Assembly (NCBI GenBank): GCA_965262425.1
Contig: OZ253536.1
Location: 3,463,744 to 3,527,743, forward strand
DNA: 64,000 bases
Source of the DNA: Terriglobia bacterium
Lineage (GTDB): Bacteria > Acidobacteriota > Terriglobia > 20CM-2-55-15
Direction of reading: 5' to 3'
Within the stretch, counting starts at the first letter, position 1. The number at the start of each line of letters is the position of its first letter. The translations under genes were made by a program, and so were the position numbers. Shown piece by piece: positions 55,331-64,000 of this stretch. A model generated the notes under the pieces. That model worked only from the letters and a program-made list of their open reading frames with translations, was not told where the DNA came from and did no database searches.

Positions 55331-55640
55331 ATGCGTATGGATGGAATCTGGGCCAACATCTTCAGGCTCGGCCAGACTGACGAAGGACTGAAGGAGATAC
55401 TCCGGCGGGTCCCGATCTTCCGCGATCTGGGCAACCGGGAACTCGGGATCCTGACCCACATTGTCCACACCCGGACCTACGGGCCAGAAGAAGTCACTCG
55501 CAAAACGTGGATCTGCACCCCCTCACCGTCATCCTGGTCCTTCTCATCGGGGGAGAAATACTCGGCGTCCTGGGACTGTTGATCGCCGTGCCGGCCGCAG
55601 CAAGCGTCAAGATCATCTCTGCCGAGCTATACCGAAACTA
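55331..55640 (+). pseudogene. Gene remnants: cNMP-binding-domain fragment followed by AI-2E/PerM-type transporter C-terminal fragment
   Basis: VPIFRDLGNRELGILTHIVHTRTYGPEEV is Crp-like. A later frame reads LHPLTVILVLLIGGEILGVLGLLIAVPAAASVKIISAELYRNYSQRAVLM*. Neither has a plausible full-length gene. Confidence 0.35.
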
Positions 55641-56585
55641 CTCCCAGAGGGCGGTGCTCATGTAACGTTCACCGATATCGTTCAGGAGGGTGACGATCAC
55701 ACCCTCTTCGATGCGACGGGCCGTCTCATAGACCCCTTGGAGGTACGCGCCCGATGACTGGCCGGCGAACAGGCCATGGCGGGCCATCAGGGAGCACATG
55801 CGGGCGGAGTCGTCGCTGGAAACGGGAACCTTGTGGTCGACGACACTGGTGTCGAGAATCTTGGGGATGATGTCGCCTGGAGATTCCAGGGGCTTGAGGC
55901 CCTCGATTCCGGGGAAGTCCTCGGGCACGATCTGAACGATTTCGATACCGGGCAGCTCTTTCTTAAGGCGGCGACCGACGCCGGTCAGCGTCCCGCCGGT
56001 TCCAATTCCGGACACGAAGTGCGTGATGCTGTCCCCAATCTGTTCCAGGATCTCGACCGCCGTCGTGTCGTAGTGCGCTTGCCAGTTGTTATCGTTCGAA
56101 TACTGATCGCAGTGGAAGAAGCGATCGGTATTGGACGCCGCAATCCGATGACATTCACGAAGCGCCTCGTCGTAGCCTTCGAGCGGATCGGTCTGGATGA
56201 GCGTCGCCCCGTGAGCCTGAATGCGCAGCTTGCGTTCCTTGCTCGCATTCCCCGGCACAACGATGTGAACCGGAACCTTCATCATCGCGCCGATCATCGC
56301 GTAGGCAATGCCGGCGTTTCCCGAACTGGAATCGAGCACGGCACGACCACCCTCGAGTTCACCCGCCAGCATCGCTTCGAGGAGCATCCGGCGGACAGGC
56401 CGATCCTTCAGGCTGCCACCCGGATTGGTGAATTCGGCCTTCGCAAAAACCCGGACGCCAGGGAACTCTTCGCTGAAACAAAAGATCTCCACCATCCTGG
56501 TGTTCCCTACAAGACTCAAAGCCGGATAGCGCTCGTGAAACTCCAGGTATCGCTCTTCTGTCGGAATCGTTGCAGACAAGTTCAT
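55638..56585 (-). CDS. Cysteine synthase family PLP enzyme (CysK/CysM-like)
   Basis: NPGGSLKDR PLP-lysine motif, SSGNAGIA, and a GTGGT glycine loop. Confidence 0.8.
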   Translation of the reverse strand: MNLSATIPTEERYLEFHERYPALSLVGNTRMVEIFCFSEEFPGVRVFAKAEFTNPGGSLKDRPVRRMLLEAMLAGELEGGRAVLDSSSGNAGIAYAMIGAMMKVPVHIVVPGNASKERKLRIQAHGATLIQTDPLEGYDEALRECHRIAASNTDRFFHCDQYSNDNNWQAHYDTTAVEILEQIGDSITHFVSGIGTGGTLTGVGRRLKKELPGIEIVQIVPEDFPGIEGLKPLESPGDIIPKILDTSVVDHKVPVSSDDSARMCSLMARHGLFAGQSSGAYLQGVYETARRIEEGVIVTLLNDIGERYMSTALWE

Positions 56586-56706
56586 AGATAGACGAGTTTA
56601 CCGCAAATCAGGAAGAGGCGGTCCTTACCGAGATCACGTATTTGGCGCAGATTGGCGGGGGTCCGCGGTCCGAACTCCGGGGTCGGGGGCGGAACAGCGG
56701 GGGGAC

Positions 56707-56940
56707 CTATTGTGCCAAAACCTGCCGGAGACGAGACCAGGCACGTCGCCAGTAGGATTCTTCGGGGGAGACGATGATGTCCTCGTCATCCACACGGTAA
56801 GCACGCTTCTTCGCGAGTTGTTTGACCGTCTCGTGGTAGGCGAAGACGTTGCAGTGAACACACCGCAACAGAGGGGCGTGGACTTCAAGCAGGGGCAGGA
56901 AGAGGTGGTCGGTGGATTTGCAGATCGACGGCTCTTGCAC
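56707..56940 (-). CDS. Hypothetical small protein (77 aa)
   Basis: ORF only. Cys-containing (C..C..C). No support beyond length. Confidence 0.2.
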   Translation of the reverse strand: MQEPSICKSTDHLFLPLLEVHAPLLRCVHCNVFAYHETVKQLAKKRAYRVDDEDIIVSPEESYWRRAWSRLRQVLAQ

Positions 56941-57177
56941 ACCCCATGGTCACACATCGATGGACAAGACTGGACCCAGTGCCCCTGTCGGCTCCAAGGT
57001 TTCTGGTGCGAGGCTGTCATCGATCGGATTTAACCCTACGACTTCATCGCGCGACCGGCACGTAATTGTTTGACGTCTACGTAACCTTAAGCTATAAACA
57101 ACTCAATACCTGTAAATAGATAGCGAGCCTCATCTCGCTGTCTGGAAGAGGATTCCGCTCAGGCGAAGGAGGGACAG

Positions 57178-57435
57178 ATGGACACCTTTGTCGGTAGTCT
57201 TGATGCTCTAAAGGGTCTCGTGGAAAAAACCGGTCACAGGGGCGCGTGGTCCGTCATCGCCCACGGGTACGAGTTCAGGTCGAACGACGGTGTAGTCCTG
57301 GACTGGTTTCCCAGCCTGACCAATGAGATTCGCTACCAGGGTCCGATTGAGGCCCGAGCGCGTTTCCGTCATACACTTGCCGCAGGAAATCCCAGAGCCA
57401 GATCCAGTGCCGCTCGACCCCGACCCCGAGCCTGA
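57178..57435 (+). CDS. Hypothetical protein, possibly truncated (85 aa, low-complexity C-terminus)
   Basis: ORF immediately upstream of the IS256-interrupted 166-bp element. Confidence 0.25.
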   Translation: MDTFVGSLDALKGLVEKTGHRGAWSVIAHGYEFRSNDGVVLDWFPSLTNEIRYQGPIEARARFRHTLAAGNPRARSSAARPRPRA

Positions 57436-57556
57436 GTCGGAAGGCCGAGAGTCCTTACGCAGATTGCGCGAACTTCACAGATGGGAGTCCGAAGGCTGTT
57501 CGTTGCCCGCGGCTCACTCCCACCCAATAGCGCTAGGAGCCTGCTCGGCAGAAGGG

Positions 57557-58996
57557 GAAAGTGTGCCAATCTTAGTTGGAAATTGAAACGGCTCCAAACC
57601 CTATGGTTTGATGGTATTGGAAGAAACAACATCAAGCCTGTAAGAGAAAGGAGCCGAGATGAGCAGTCTGTTACGTTCGGTGAAGAAACGCAAGAAGTCG
57701 CGTGTGCTGGGTGAGGTCGAGGTCCTGAGCCGGGAGGAATACTCGGGACTGGAATTGGACTCGAAGGTGGAGATGATTCGGGCGTTGATCCCACTGGGGT
57801 TGATGCACGTGGAGGAGTTGCTCGACGAGGAAGTGAAGGCGTTGGCGGGTGAGCGATACGCGCGAAAGGAGGCGACGTTGAGGGGCCGGCGACACGGGAG
57901 TAATCCGGGGACCGTGGGCTCGGGGGCCAGCGGGTGCCGGTTCGGGTGCCTCGAGTGCGCAGCGTGGCGGGCGGGGAGATTCCGCTTCGGAGCTACGAGG
58001 AACTCAGTCCGGATGGCGCGGTGAACGAACTGCTTCTCAGACGTGTGCTTTATGGGATCTCCTGCCGGAACTACGAGTCGGCCGCGGAAGCGATTCCAGG
58101 AGCCATCGGATTGTCGAGCTCGACGGTGTCTCGAGGATTCGTCCAGGCGAGTGGGGCGAAACTTCGGGAGATGCAGGAGCGGGATCTGTCGGCCGAGGAC
58201 GTGGTGGCGATCTTCCTGGACGGGAAAATGTTTGCCGACGCCACGATGGTTGTGGCCCTGGGCATCACAATTACGGGCGACAAACGCTTCTTAGGCTTCG
58301 TGGAGACGAGTACGGAGAACGAGCAGGTACTGACTCCGTTTCTCCGTTCATTGATGGAGCGAGGCCTGGACATCTCTGAAGGCGTGCTGGTGATCGTCGA
58401 CGGCGGCAAAGGTCTGCGCGCGGCAGTCAAGCGGGCATTCGGTAATCGAGCCCTGGTCCAACGCTGCCAATGGCACAAACGCGAGAACGTGGTGAGCTAC
58501 CTGTCGAAGACCGAGCAAGCCGCGTGGCGCAAGCGGCTTCAGCGTGCGTACCAGCGCCCGGAGTACAACGAAGCCCGGGCGGCCCTCGAACAGCTCCATG
58601 GAGAGCTCGAGGAGCGAAACCAATCGGCCGCTACGAGCCTTGAGGAAGGCCTGGAGGAGACCCTCACGTTGCATCGACTCGGCGTGTACGGGGTCCTGGG
58701 CCGTTCGTTCAAGACGACGAATTGCTTGGAATCGGTCAATGCCCTCGTCGAGGAAAGGTGCGCGAAGGTCGATCATTGGAAGAACTCGAGCCAGCGGCAG
58801 CGCTGGTTGGCGACGGCGCTCATCGACATCGAACCACGCTTGAGGAAGGTGATCGGCTACCGTCATCTTCCAAAGCTCCGCGAAGCCCTCAGGCGGGAGC
58901 TGAAGATTGAGGCGAAGACGTCGACGAGATCGAAGAAGAAGGTTGCGTGACCAATCGTGAGCCGTGGAGAGTTTCAACTAAGAATGGGATTGACTC
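57557..58996 (+). mobile_element. IS256-family insertion sequence, copy 2 (1440 bp), TSD CAGAAGGG, transposase frameshifted
   Basis: Same ends as copy 1. 8-bp direct repeat at 57549-57556 and 58997-59004. One G missing from a G-run near 57915 relative to copy 1. Confidence 0.85.
57659..58950 (+). pseudogene. IS256-family transposase with -1 frameshift (ORFs 57659-58024 and 57934-58950)
   Basis: Identical to 38436-39728 except ccgtggggctcggggg becomes ccgtgggctcggggg. Confidence 0.75.
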
Positions 58997-59142
58997 CAGA
59001 AGGGATCGTAACGAGAAAGTGGAGAATCGAGGCCAGATTTTCCCGATTTTGAGGCGAACAGTGGTTCTATTCAACGAAAAATCGGGGAAATATGGACCGA
59101 TTATACCGCTTTCGCAGTAGATCTCTTCTGCCGCGCAGGCTC

Positions 59143-60516
59143 CTAGCTGGTCTGTAACCTGGTCAGAAACAGAATCAGGTCGGACTTCGTAATGATGTCG
59201 AAGCTCTTGCCGGCTTCGATCAGTACGGCGGTCGTCTCATTCTTCATGTGTTCGGCGACCATGTTGAGCGACGCGTCGGGCGGCAGGACAGGAAACGGTG
59301 GTTCCATGTGTTCGGCCACGGGCTTAGACTTGGCCGCGGGATTGGACACGAGAATCTCCAGGATTCGACCCTCGCTGATGCTCCCGACCACACCGCCACC
59401 TTCGATGATTGGCAACTGAGAGATGTCATGCTCCTTCATCAGGTTGACGGCTGTGTCAATGGAAGTCGCCAGAGGGATGGAAAAGATCGTCTCGGCACGG
59501 CGTACCTTGCCTTGAAGAACCTGGTCGACCCGCACATTGAGGGCCGGCTCCAGATACTGGTTTTCCCTCATCCAGTTGTCGTTGTAGATCTTACTTAAGT
59601 AGCGTGTTCCTGAATCGGGAATGATGACAACCATCAGGTCGTCTTCCCGAAGTTTCCGGGCACAGATCAATGCAATGTGAACCGCCGAGCCGGCCGACCC
59701 ACCCGCGAACATCCCTTCGGATCGGGCCAGCTTCCGGGTCATCAGGAACGAGTCCTTGTCGGAAACTTCATGGAGCTCGTCGATGACGGAAAAATCGACA
59801 TTCGCGGGTTTCTCGTCCTGCCCGATACCCTCCACTTTGTATGGTTGTGGTTCCGGCCGCTTTCCGGTCTTGAACATCCCGGCAAATATCGAACCGACCG
59901 GGTCCACACCTATCACACGAATGTCCGGGTTCTTTTCCTTCAGAAACCGGGCCGTTCCGCTGATCGTCCCTCCCGTGCCAACACCGATCACGACATGTGT
60001 GACCTTCCCCTCGGTCTGTTCCCAGATCTCAGGTCCGGTCGTTTCGTAATGTGCCTCGCTGTTGGCCATGTTTTCGTATTGATTCGGGAAGTGGCTGTTG
60101 GGAATTTCGTGATTCAGGCGCTCGGCGACCGAGTGATAGCTTCTCGGGTCGTGGTGCTCCACCTGGGTGGGGGTGACGATCACTTCCGCGCCGAGTGCCC
60201 GGAGTCCGTCGATCTTTTCCTGACTCATCTTGTCCGGCATCGTAAAAATGCACGAGTATCCTTTTACGGCGGCCGCCAGCGCCAGCCCCATACCCGTGTT
60301 GCCCGACGTTCCTTCGATCAAAGTCCCCCCGGGGCTGACCTGGCCGGCCGCCTCAGCGGCCTCGACCATCTTGAGGCCGATGCGGTCCTTGACGCTTCCT
60401 CCCGGGTTCATATACTCCAACTTCGCCAGGATGGTTGGCTTGAGTCCGCGGGCAACGCCGTTCAAGCGAACCAGGGGGGTATTTCCGACAGTTCCCAGGA
60501 TGTTTTCGTGCCACAT
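59143..60516 (-). CDS. Cystathionine beta-synthase (cysteine-synthase fold + tandem CBS domains)
   Basis: NPGGSVKDRIGLKMVEAAEAAG PLP site, TSGNTGMGLA. The C-terminal 120 aa form a CBS pair. Confidence 0.85.
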   Translation of the reverse strand: MWHENILGTVGNTPLVRLNGVARGLKPTILAKLEYMNPGGSVKDRIGLKMVEAAEAAGQVSPGGTLIEGTSGNTGMGLALAAAVKGYSCIFTMPDKMSQEKIDGLRALGAEVIVTPTQVEHHDPRSYHSVAERLNHEIPNSHFPNQYENMANSEAHYETTGPEIWEQTEGKVTHVVIGVGTGGTISGTARFLKEKNPDIRVIGVDPVGSIFAGMFKTGKRPEPQPYKVEGIGQDEKPANVDFSVIDELHEVSDKDSFLMTRKLARSEGMFAGGSAGSAVHIALICARKLREDDLMVVIIPDSGTRYLSKIYNDNWMRENQYLEPALNVRVDQVLQGKVRRAETIFSIPLATSIDTAVNLMKEHDISQLPIIEGGGVVGSISEGRILEILVSNPAAKSKPVAEHMEPPFPVLPPDASLNMVAEHMKNETTAVLIEAGKSFDIITKSDLILFLTRLQTS

Positions 60517-60539
60517 GGTGATTCCTCGTCCTTCCTCTA

Positions 60540-61415
60540 CTATGATGCGGGGCTCGAAACCAGAGTCTCGATGCGACGAAGTCTTCCCTCGACATCCGTA
60601 CTCGGAAGGTTGCTGACATAAATGTTCTTCATCCCACGCCGCAACAGCGTCTTGATGCTGTGGGCGCAGATCTCTTCGGCGCTACAGCCGCGATCGAAAT
60701 CCGCTTTCAATTCATCGACAGGCACCGGGAAGAATGTCTTCAGCAGGTCCAGCGTCTTCGGGTTCGCACTACGATAATAGAAGACTCCAAAGACGCCGGG
60801 CATCTGTACACCCCGCGCCGCGCATTCGTCCAGAAATCGGTCGAGCCCGTCCGTCTGGTAATGCGAAACGATCTGGGCCAGGTAGAAATCGGCGGAATAG
60901 TCCGGATCCACCATGAACTCGACCTGTTTGATGCCGCCGTGGGGATTGGCCCACGCTCCCAACGTCAAGCCGGGCACAAGATCGCGGATCATCTTTCGCA
61001 ACTGATAGGCATGTTCGACGCAACGGGACACGACGTCGGAACGATCACCCCCCAGGACCACCAACGCACGAAATCCGATAGCGTAGGCTCTCTGGGCAAA
61101 CTCGAGACAGTACTCCAGCGGGTGCTTAGCGGTCAGGATCGGGACAATCAGGGAGCGGTCGGCGTCGCTGCCAAGATTGATGATGACATGGCGCAGGTTC
61201 TGTTCCTCACGTCGGCCGGTCGAGCCGTCCGTCATGAAAACGAATCGGTTCAGCGAAGTAATCTTTCGGATGAAGTGGTTGCTGTCAATCCAGGCGTCGA
61301 GGCTCCGCTCGAGAGACATGTCCATCTGTGGCGGGCACCACTCGACGTTGGACAGGGGTTGCTTCGGATCGTTTAGTGCTTTGAGAAAGGACATTCGGGC
61401 CGACTCGCCGTTCAC
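60540..61415 (-). CDS. Methylenetetrahydrofolate reductase family protein (MetF-like)
   Basis: ALVVLGGD, GAWANPHGG and KNIYVSNL resemble the MetF TIM-barrel motifs. The assignment is by eye. Confidence 0.6.
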   Translation of the reverse strand: MNGESARMSFLKALNDPKQPLSNVEWCPPQMDMSLERSLDAWIDSNHFIRKITSLNRFVFMTDGSTGRREEQNLRHVIINLGSDADRSLIVPILTAKHPLEYCLEFAQRAYAIGFRALVVLGGDRSDVVSRCVEHAYQLRKMIRDLVPGLTLGAWANPHGGIKQVEFMVDPDYSADFYLAQIVSHYQTDGLDRFLDECAARGVQMPGVFGVFYYRSANPKTLDLLKTFFPVPVDELKADFDRGCSAEEICAHSIKTLLRRGMKNIYVSNLPSTDVEGRLRRIETLVSSPAS

Positions 61416-61417
61416 TC

Positions 61418-62467
61418 TCAGCGTTTGACGGCCTGAGCTTTGCGGGGTTTCTTCTTCGACTTCTTTCCGTCGGCTGGCGCGACGGTTATTTCAACACGAT
61501 AGTTGTCCAGCATACGTGCCAGGTCTGTCGTGACTTTGCGCCGGAGGCGATCAGGAGAAAGAACCACGGCGGAAGAACCGAAGCTCAGTATCCAGGACTC
61601 CAGTTCGAACTCACCACCCACGTGCAGGTTCATCACGATTTCACCATCGCTCACGTCCCGCACCTTCTGTGAAGGATGCCATGCCCGGGACCGAACATAC
61701 TGTGCAATGTCCGCCTTGAACAACATTTCTACGTCGAACGGGTCCTCTTTCACAAGTCCAAAAGCCGACTCCAGGTAGCTCTCGATGGAAAAGTCCGCCG
61801 GTTTTTCGAAGTGGTCGGCAAGCTTTTTCACTTCCACGATTCTCTCAATGGCAAACGTGCGAATCTGCTCATATTCCTCGACATAACCGAACAAGTACAA
61901 CCCACCGCGAAAATGCATCAGCCGGTAGGGGTGCACCATGTATGTTTTCTGCCGCTGGCTGTGGACCGAGTAGTACTCCATGCGAATCCGGTTGTCCTCG
62001 CCGATCGCATCCATCAACGTTCGGATCGTCTGTTTGTGTTCCTCGAGATCCTTCGGCGCGTCGGCACGGACGGCGATGATCGAGTCCAGGGTGTTGAAGA
62101 AAGCGATGTTCTTTTCGGGCAAAGCACCTTCGATCTTCTTGAACGCCGAATCGATGTCACTGGAATAGGGAGGTGCAGAGAGGGCGCTGACGAGATTTCG
62201 GCTGAAATACAGGGCGGCAAGCTCAGACAGGGACAGGTTTGCAAGCGGCAGGCCTTTGTATTCTTCAGCCAGGCGCCAGTACACCTTCCCCTCATAACGC
62301 TCGTCATAGAGCGGGAAGCCGGCCTCCATCAACGCCGCCAGATCACGGCGGATCGTTTTCGTCGAAACCTCGTGGCGAACCGCCATGTCGGGGATCGTGC
62401 TCCAACGTGTGCTCTCGATCTGCTTGAGAATCGCCCACTGGCGGATTAACTGTGCATTTCTTCCCAT
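61418..62467 (-). CDS. HTH-WYL-WCX transcriptional regulator (PafBC/BrxR/CapW-like architecture)
   Basis: N-terminal DeoR-like HTH IRQWAILKQIE..TIPDMAVRHEVSTKTIRRDL. WYL core HPYRLMHFRGGLYLFGY. ATG 62467. Confidence 0.75.
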   Translation of the reverse strand: MGRNAQLIRQWAILKQIESTRWSTIPDMAVRHEVSTKTIRRDLAALMEAGFPLYDERYEGKVYWRLAEEYKGLPLANLSLSELAALYFSRNLVSALSAPPYSSDIDSAFKKIEGALPEKNIAFFNTLDSIIAVRADAPKDLEEHKQTIRTLMDAIGEDNRIRMEYYSVHSQRQKTYMVHPYRLMHFRGGLYLFGYVEEYEQIRTFAIERIVEVKKLADHFEKPADFSIESYLESAFGLVKEDPFDVEMLFKADIAQYVRSRAWHPSQKVRDVSDGEIVMNLHVGGEFELESWILSFGSSAVVLSPDRLRRKVTTDLARMLDNYRVEITVAPADGKKSKKKPRKAQAVKR

Positions 62468-62532
62468 CTTCAACCTCCCCACCAGACTCGTTCGGGTGGG
62501 CACACATAGAACATATTTATCGAGATTGGATT

Positions 62533-62850
62533 CTATGGTCGGGGTGTCATGAACACAAGCAATACCAGATTCTCTTCGCTCTGGTTTCGGACTCCATGAT
62601 CCTCATTCGGCCTCGCGACGATGGCTTCACCCTCACGACACAGGCGTTCCTCACCTGCGATATGGAATATGCCGTTTCCCTCGAGGACATAGTAAATCTT
62701 GTCGGATTCAGCATGCCGATGGATTCGCTGCTCCTGCCCGGGTCGAAGACAGTACAGATCGCAGAAGTACTTGTCGGAACCAAAAAGGGGAACCTTCTGC
62801 ATCTTCTCGTCGGCAAAGCTCGAGAGCGCTCGAACGTCCTTACAATCCAC
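62533..62850 (-). CDS. Cupin-2 domain protein (105 aa)
   Basis: G(X)5HXH(X)3-4E-like RIHRHAESDKIYYVLEGNG...HGVRN cupin motifs. Confidence 0.6.
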   Translation of the reverse strand: MDCKDVRALSSFADEKMQKVPLFGSDKYFCDLYCLRPGQEQRIHRHAESDKIYYVLEGNGIFHIAGEERLCREGEAIVARPNEDHGVRNQSEENLVLLVFMTPRP

Positions 62851-62855
62851 AGAAG

Positions 62856-64000
62856 CTATTGTAATTGAAAGACCTGGGCGTCGGGCACAATTTCCTCGAC
62901 AAGCTCCAGCAGGTGCGGATGGCAGGTAAAAAGGAGGATCTGGTGGGTATGGGACAGATCGCGAACGGCATCGATGGAACGGCGCGTTCGGTGGGGATCG
63001 AAATTGACGAAGATGTCATCAAATATCACCGGAAGGGGTTCGACGTGCTCGGAATACTCCCGAACCAGCGCCAACCTCATGGCCAGGTACAGTTGTTCGG
63101 CTGTGCCCCGGCTCAGGTTTTCGGGACTCACGCGCGCTCCATCGCACTTCTCGACCACGATGTCCTCTGAGTCCAGCGGTGCGATCACGCGCACGTAGCG
63201 TCCTTCCGACAGCAAAGCAAAGAACTCGGAAGCGTGGCGTAATACGTCGGGTTGGCGTTCGCTTTCATAAATTTTTCGCGTCTCGTCCAGCAGTGTCCGG
63301 CACAAGGTGAGGACAGCCCACTTTTCAGACGCTTCGTCAATCCTGGCCAGGATGGACTCCTGACGAAGTCTGGTGTTGGAACGCTCTTCGCTCCGGCCCA
63401 GCGTCAGGATCCGCTCTTCGAGCCGGCCACACTCCCGGCCCGCTTCGGCCAACTGCCCCTTCGCCACGTCCAGTGCAGCGACCGACTCGGCGTAGGCCTC
63501 GTCATCAACGGCGTCCACCTTGTCCCAGCCTGGCTCGGCTTCGACCTCGGCCGACGGGGTCCGGTCCAACTCCCTTTGAAGGTCCTGCCGTTTCCTGAAG
63601 AGCTCGGCACGCCTGAAGAACTCGTCTTCGGTCGCCGCACCGCCGTCTTCGAGCAGGGCGCACATGCCGAGGTCGTTTTCCCGGATCTGGTCGTTGGTCC
63701 GGATTCGTGCCTTTTCCTCCAGAGAGAGTTCGTTGTCGATCGATCGGATCTCATCGGCCATGTCCGTCAGTCGCCGCACCCTGGCAGCTTCCTTCTCGAG
63801 ATCCGCAATCGAAAAATCGCTCCGCCCGGCGTGGCTTTCAATCGCGGACCGAATCTCGGTTCTTTGGTCTCTGGTACGTTGGAGCTGGATTTCCACTTCC
63901 CGGAGCCGTTCGCGACCCGCATCCAAGTCGCGACCCAGGCGCTCTGCATGCCGGGACCGGCAGTGGTACCAGTAGGTCAGACCCACCATGACGGCGGCTA
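62856..64000 (-). CDS. SMC/SbcC/RecN-like ABC ATPase, C-terminal part only (N-terminal Walker A half lies beyond window end)
   Basis: Coiled-coil body. Signature LSRGTAEQLYLAMRLAL, Walker B/D-loop PVIFDDIFVNFD, H-loop HQILLFTCH. The protein terminates straight after the ATPase lobe. Confidence 0.6.
   Translation of the reverse strand, partial: AAVMVGLTYWYHCRSRHAERLGRDLDAGRERLREVEIQLQRTRDQRTEIRSAIESHAGRSDFSIADLEKEAARVRRLTDMADEIRSIDNELSLEEKARIRTNDQIRENDLGMCALLEDGGAATEDEFFRRAELFRKRQDLQRELDRTPSAEVEAEPGWDKVDAVDDEAYAESVAALDVAKGQLAEAGRECGRLEERILTLGRSEERSNTRLRQESILARIDEASEKWAVLTLCRTLLDETRKIYESERQPDVLRHASEFFALLSEGRYVRVIAPLDSEDIVVEKCDGARVSPENLSRGTAEQLYLAMRLALVREYSEHVEPLPVIFDDIFVNFDPHRTRRSIDAVRDLSHTHQILLFTCHPHLLELVEEIVPDAQVFQLQ

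Larger units (their letters stand above)
57533..59146. repeat. Second copy of the 166-bp TIR element, split by an IS256 insertion
   Basis: Left 24 bp ctaggagcctgctcggcagaaggg. Right 150 bp ends cttctgccgcgcaggctcctag. Total minus IS and TSD = 166 bp, matching 41281-41446. Confidence 0.75.

Noticed and set aside
55985-56591. 271-aa plus-strand ORF and other antisense ORFs within the cysteine-synthase gene
   Set aside because: Antisense shadow of a gene with clear PLP-enzyme motifs.
1-64000. tRNA, rRNA or tmRNA genes
   Set aside because: No cloverleaf-compatible segments with a GGTTCGAATCC-type T-arm and no rRNA-like conserved stretches were seen on manual scan. A tRNAscan-type search could still find something.

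Overview
This is a 64 kb, GC-rich bacterial chromosomal segment. Gene content suggests an Acidobacteriota-like organism: a carboxypeptidase-regulatory-domain TonB receptor, a VWA protein, a membrane-fused spermidine-synthase-like protein and an ankyrin/PQQ-propeller protein. This phylum assignment is inference only.

The first ~25 kb is mostly housekeeping genes on the minus strand: serA, a class-I aminotransferase, ilvE, ilvD, a ketopantoate-reductase-like gene, ornithine cyclodeaminase, rpiA, a HAD hydrolase, folE, a diheme cytochrome c and an MBL hydrolase. These are followed by an FmdB-like zinc-ribbon gene, nth, a translationally coupled MrfA/MrfB-like DUF1998-helicase/exonuclease pair, pepA and a domain-permuted aconitase-family enzyme.

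The rest looks accessory and mosaic:
- A strongly expressed-looking glycine-rich small ORF with twin terminators.
- A queD-TPR-small-membrane-protein cluster abutted by an IS630-family element.
- A stand-alone LigD (PE-Lig-Pol) with no Ku next to it.
- A GT2 glycosyltransferase flanked by direct copies of an octamer-repeat palindrome.
- A tight three-gene operon: 510-aa unknown, SDR, PolB-like 3'-5' exonuclease. It is divergent from an RNase II-family gene whose downstream partner is split by an IS256-family insertion with intact 8-bp target-site duplications.
- A second IS256 copy, frameshifted, nested inside a 166-bp terminal-inverted-repeat element that also occurs intact elsewhere.
- A ~285-bp TIR element in two copies whose arms show a compensatory substitution.
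- A histidine kinase / ECF sigma / anti-sigma / Tat-secreted protein / TPR-CHAT cluster.
- At the right edge, a WYL-domain regulator, a cupin and a truncated SMC-like ABC ATPase, co-oriented with MetF-like and cystathionine-beta-synthase genes.

No tRNA, rRNA or CRISPR array was recognised. Function calls rest on motif recognition by eye and no database search was possible.

Coordinates for the elements I rechecked by hand are anchored to ORF-track stops and starts; other hand-derived repeat coordinates may be off by a base or two.
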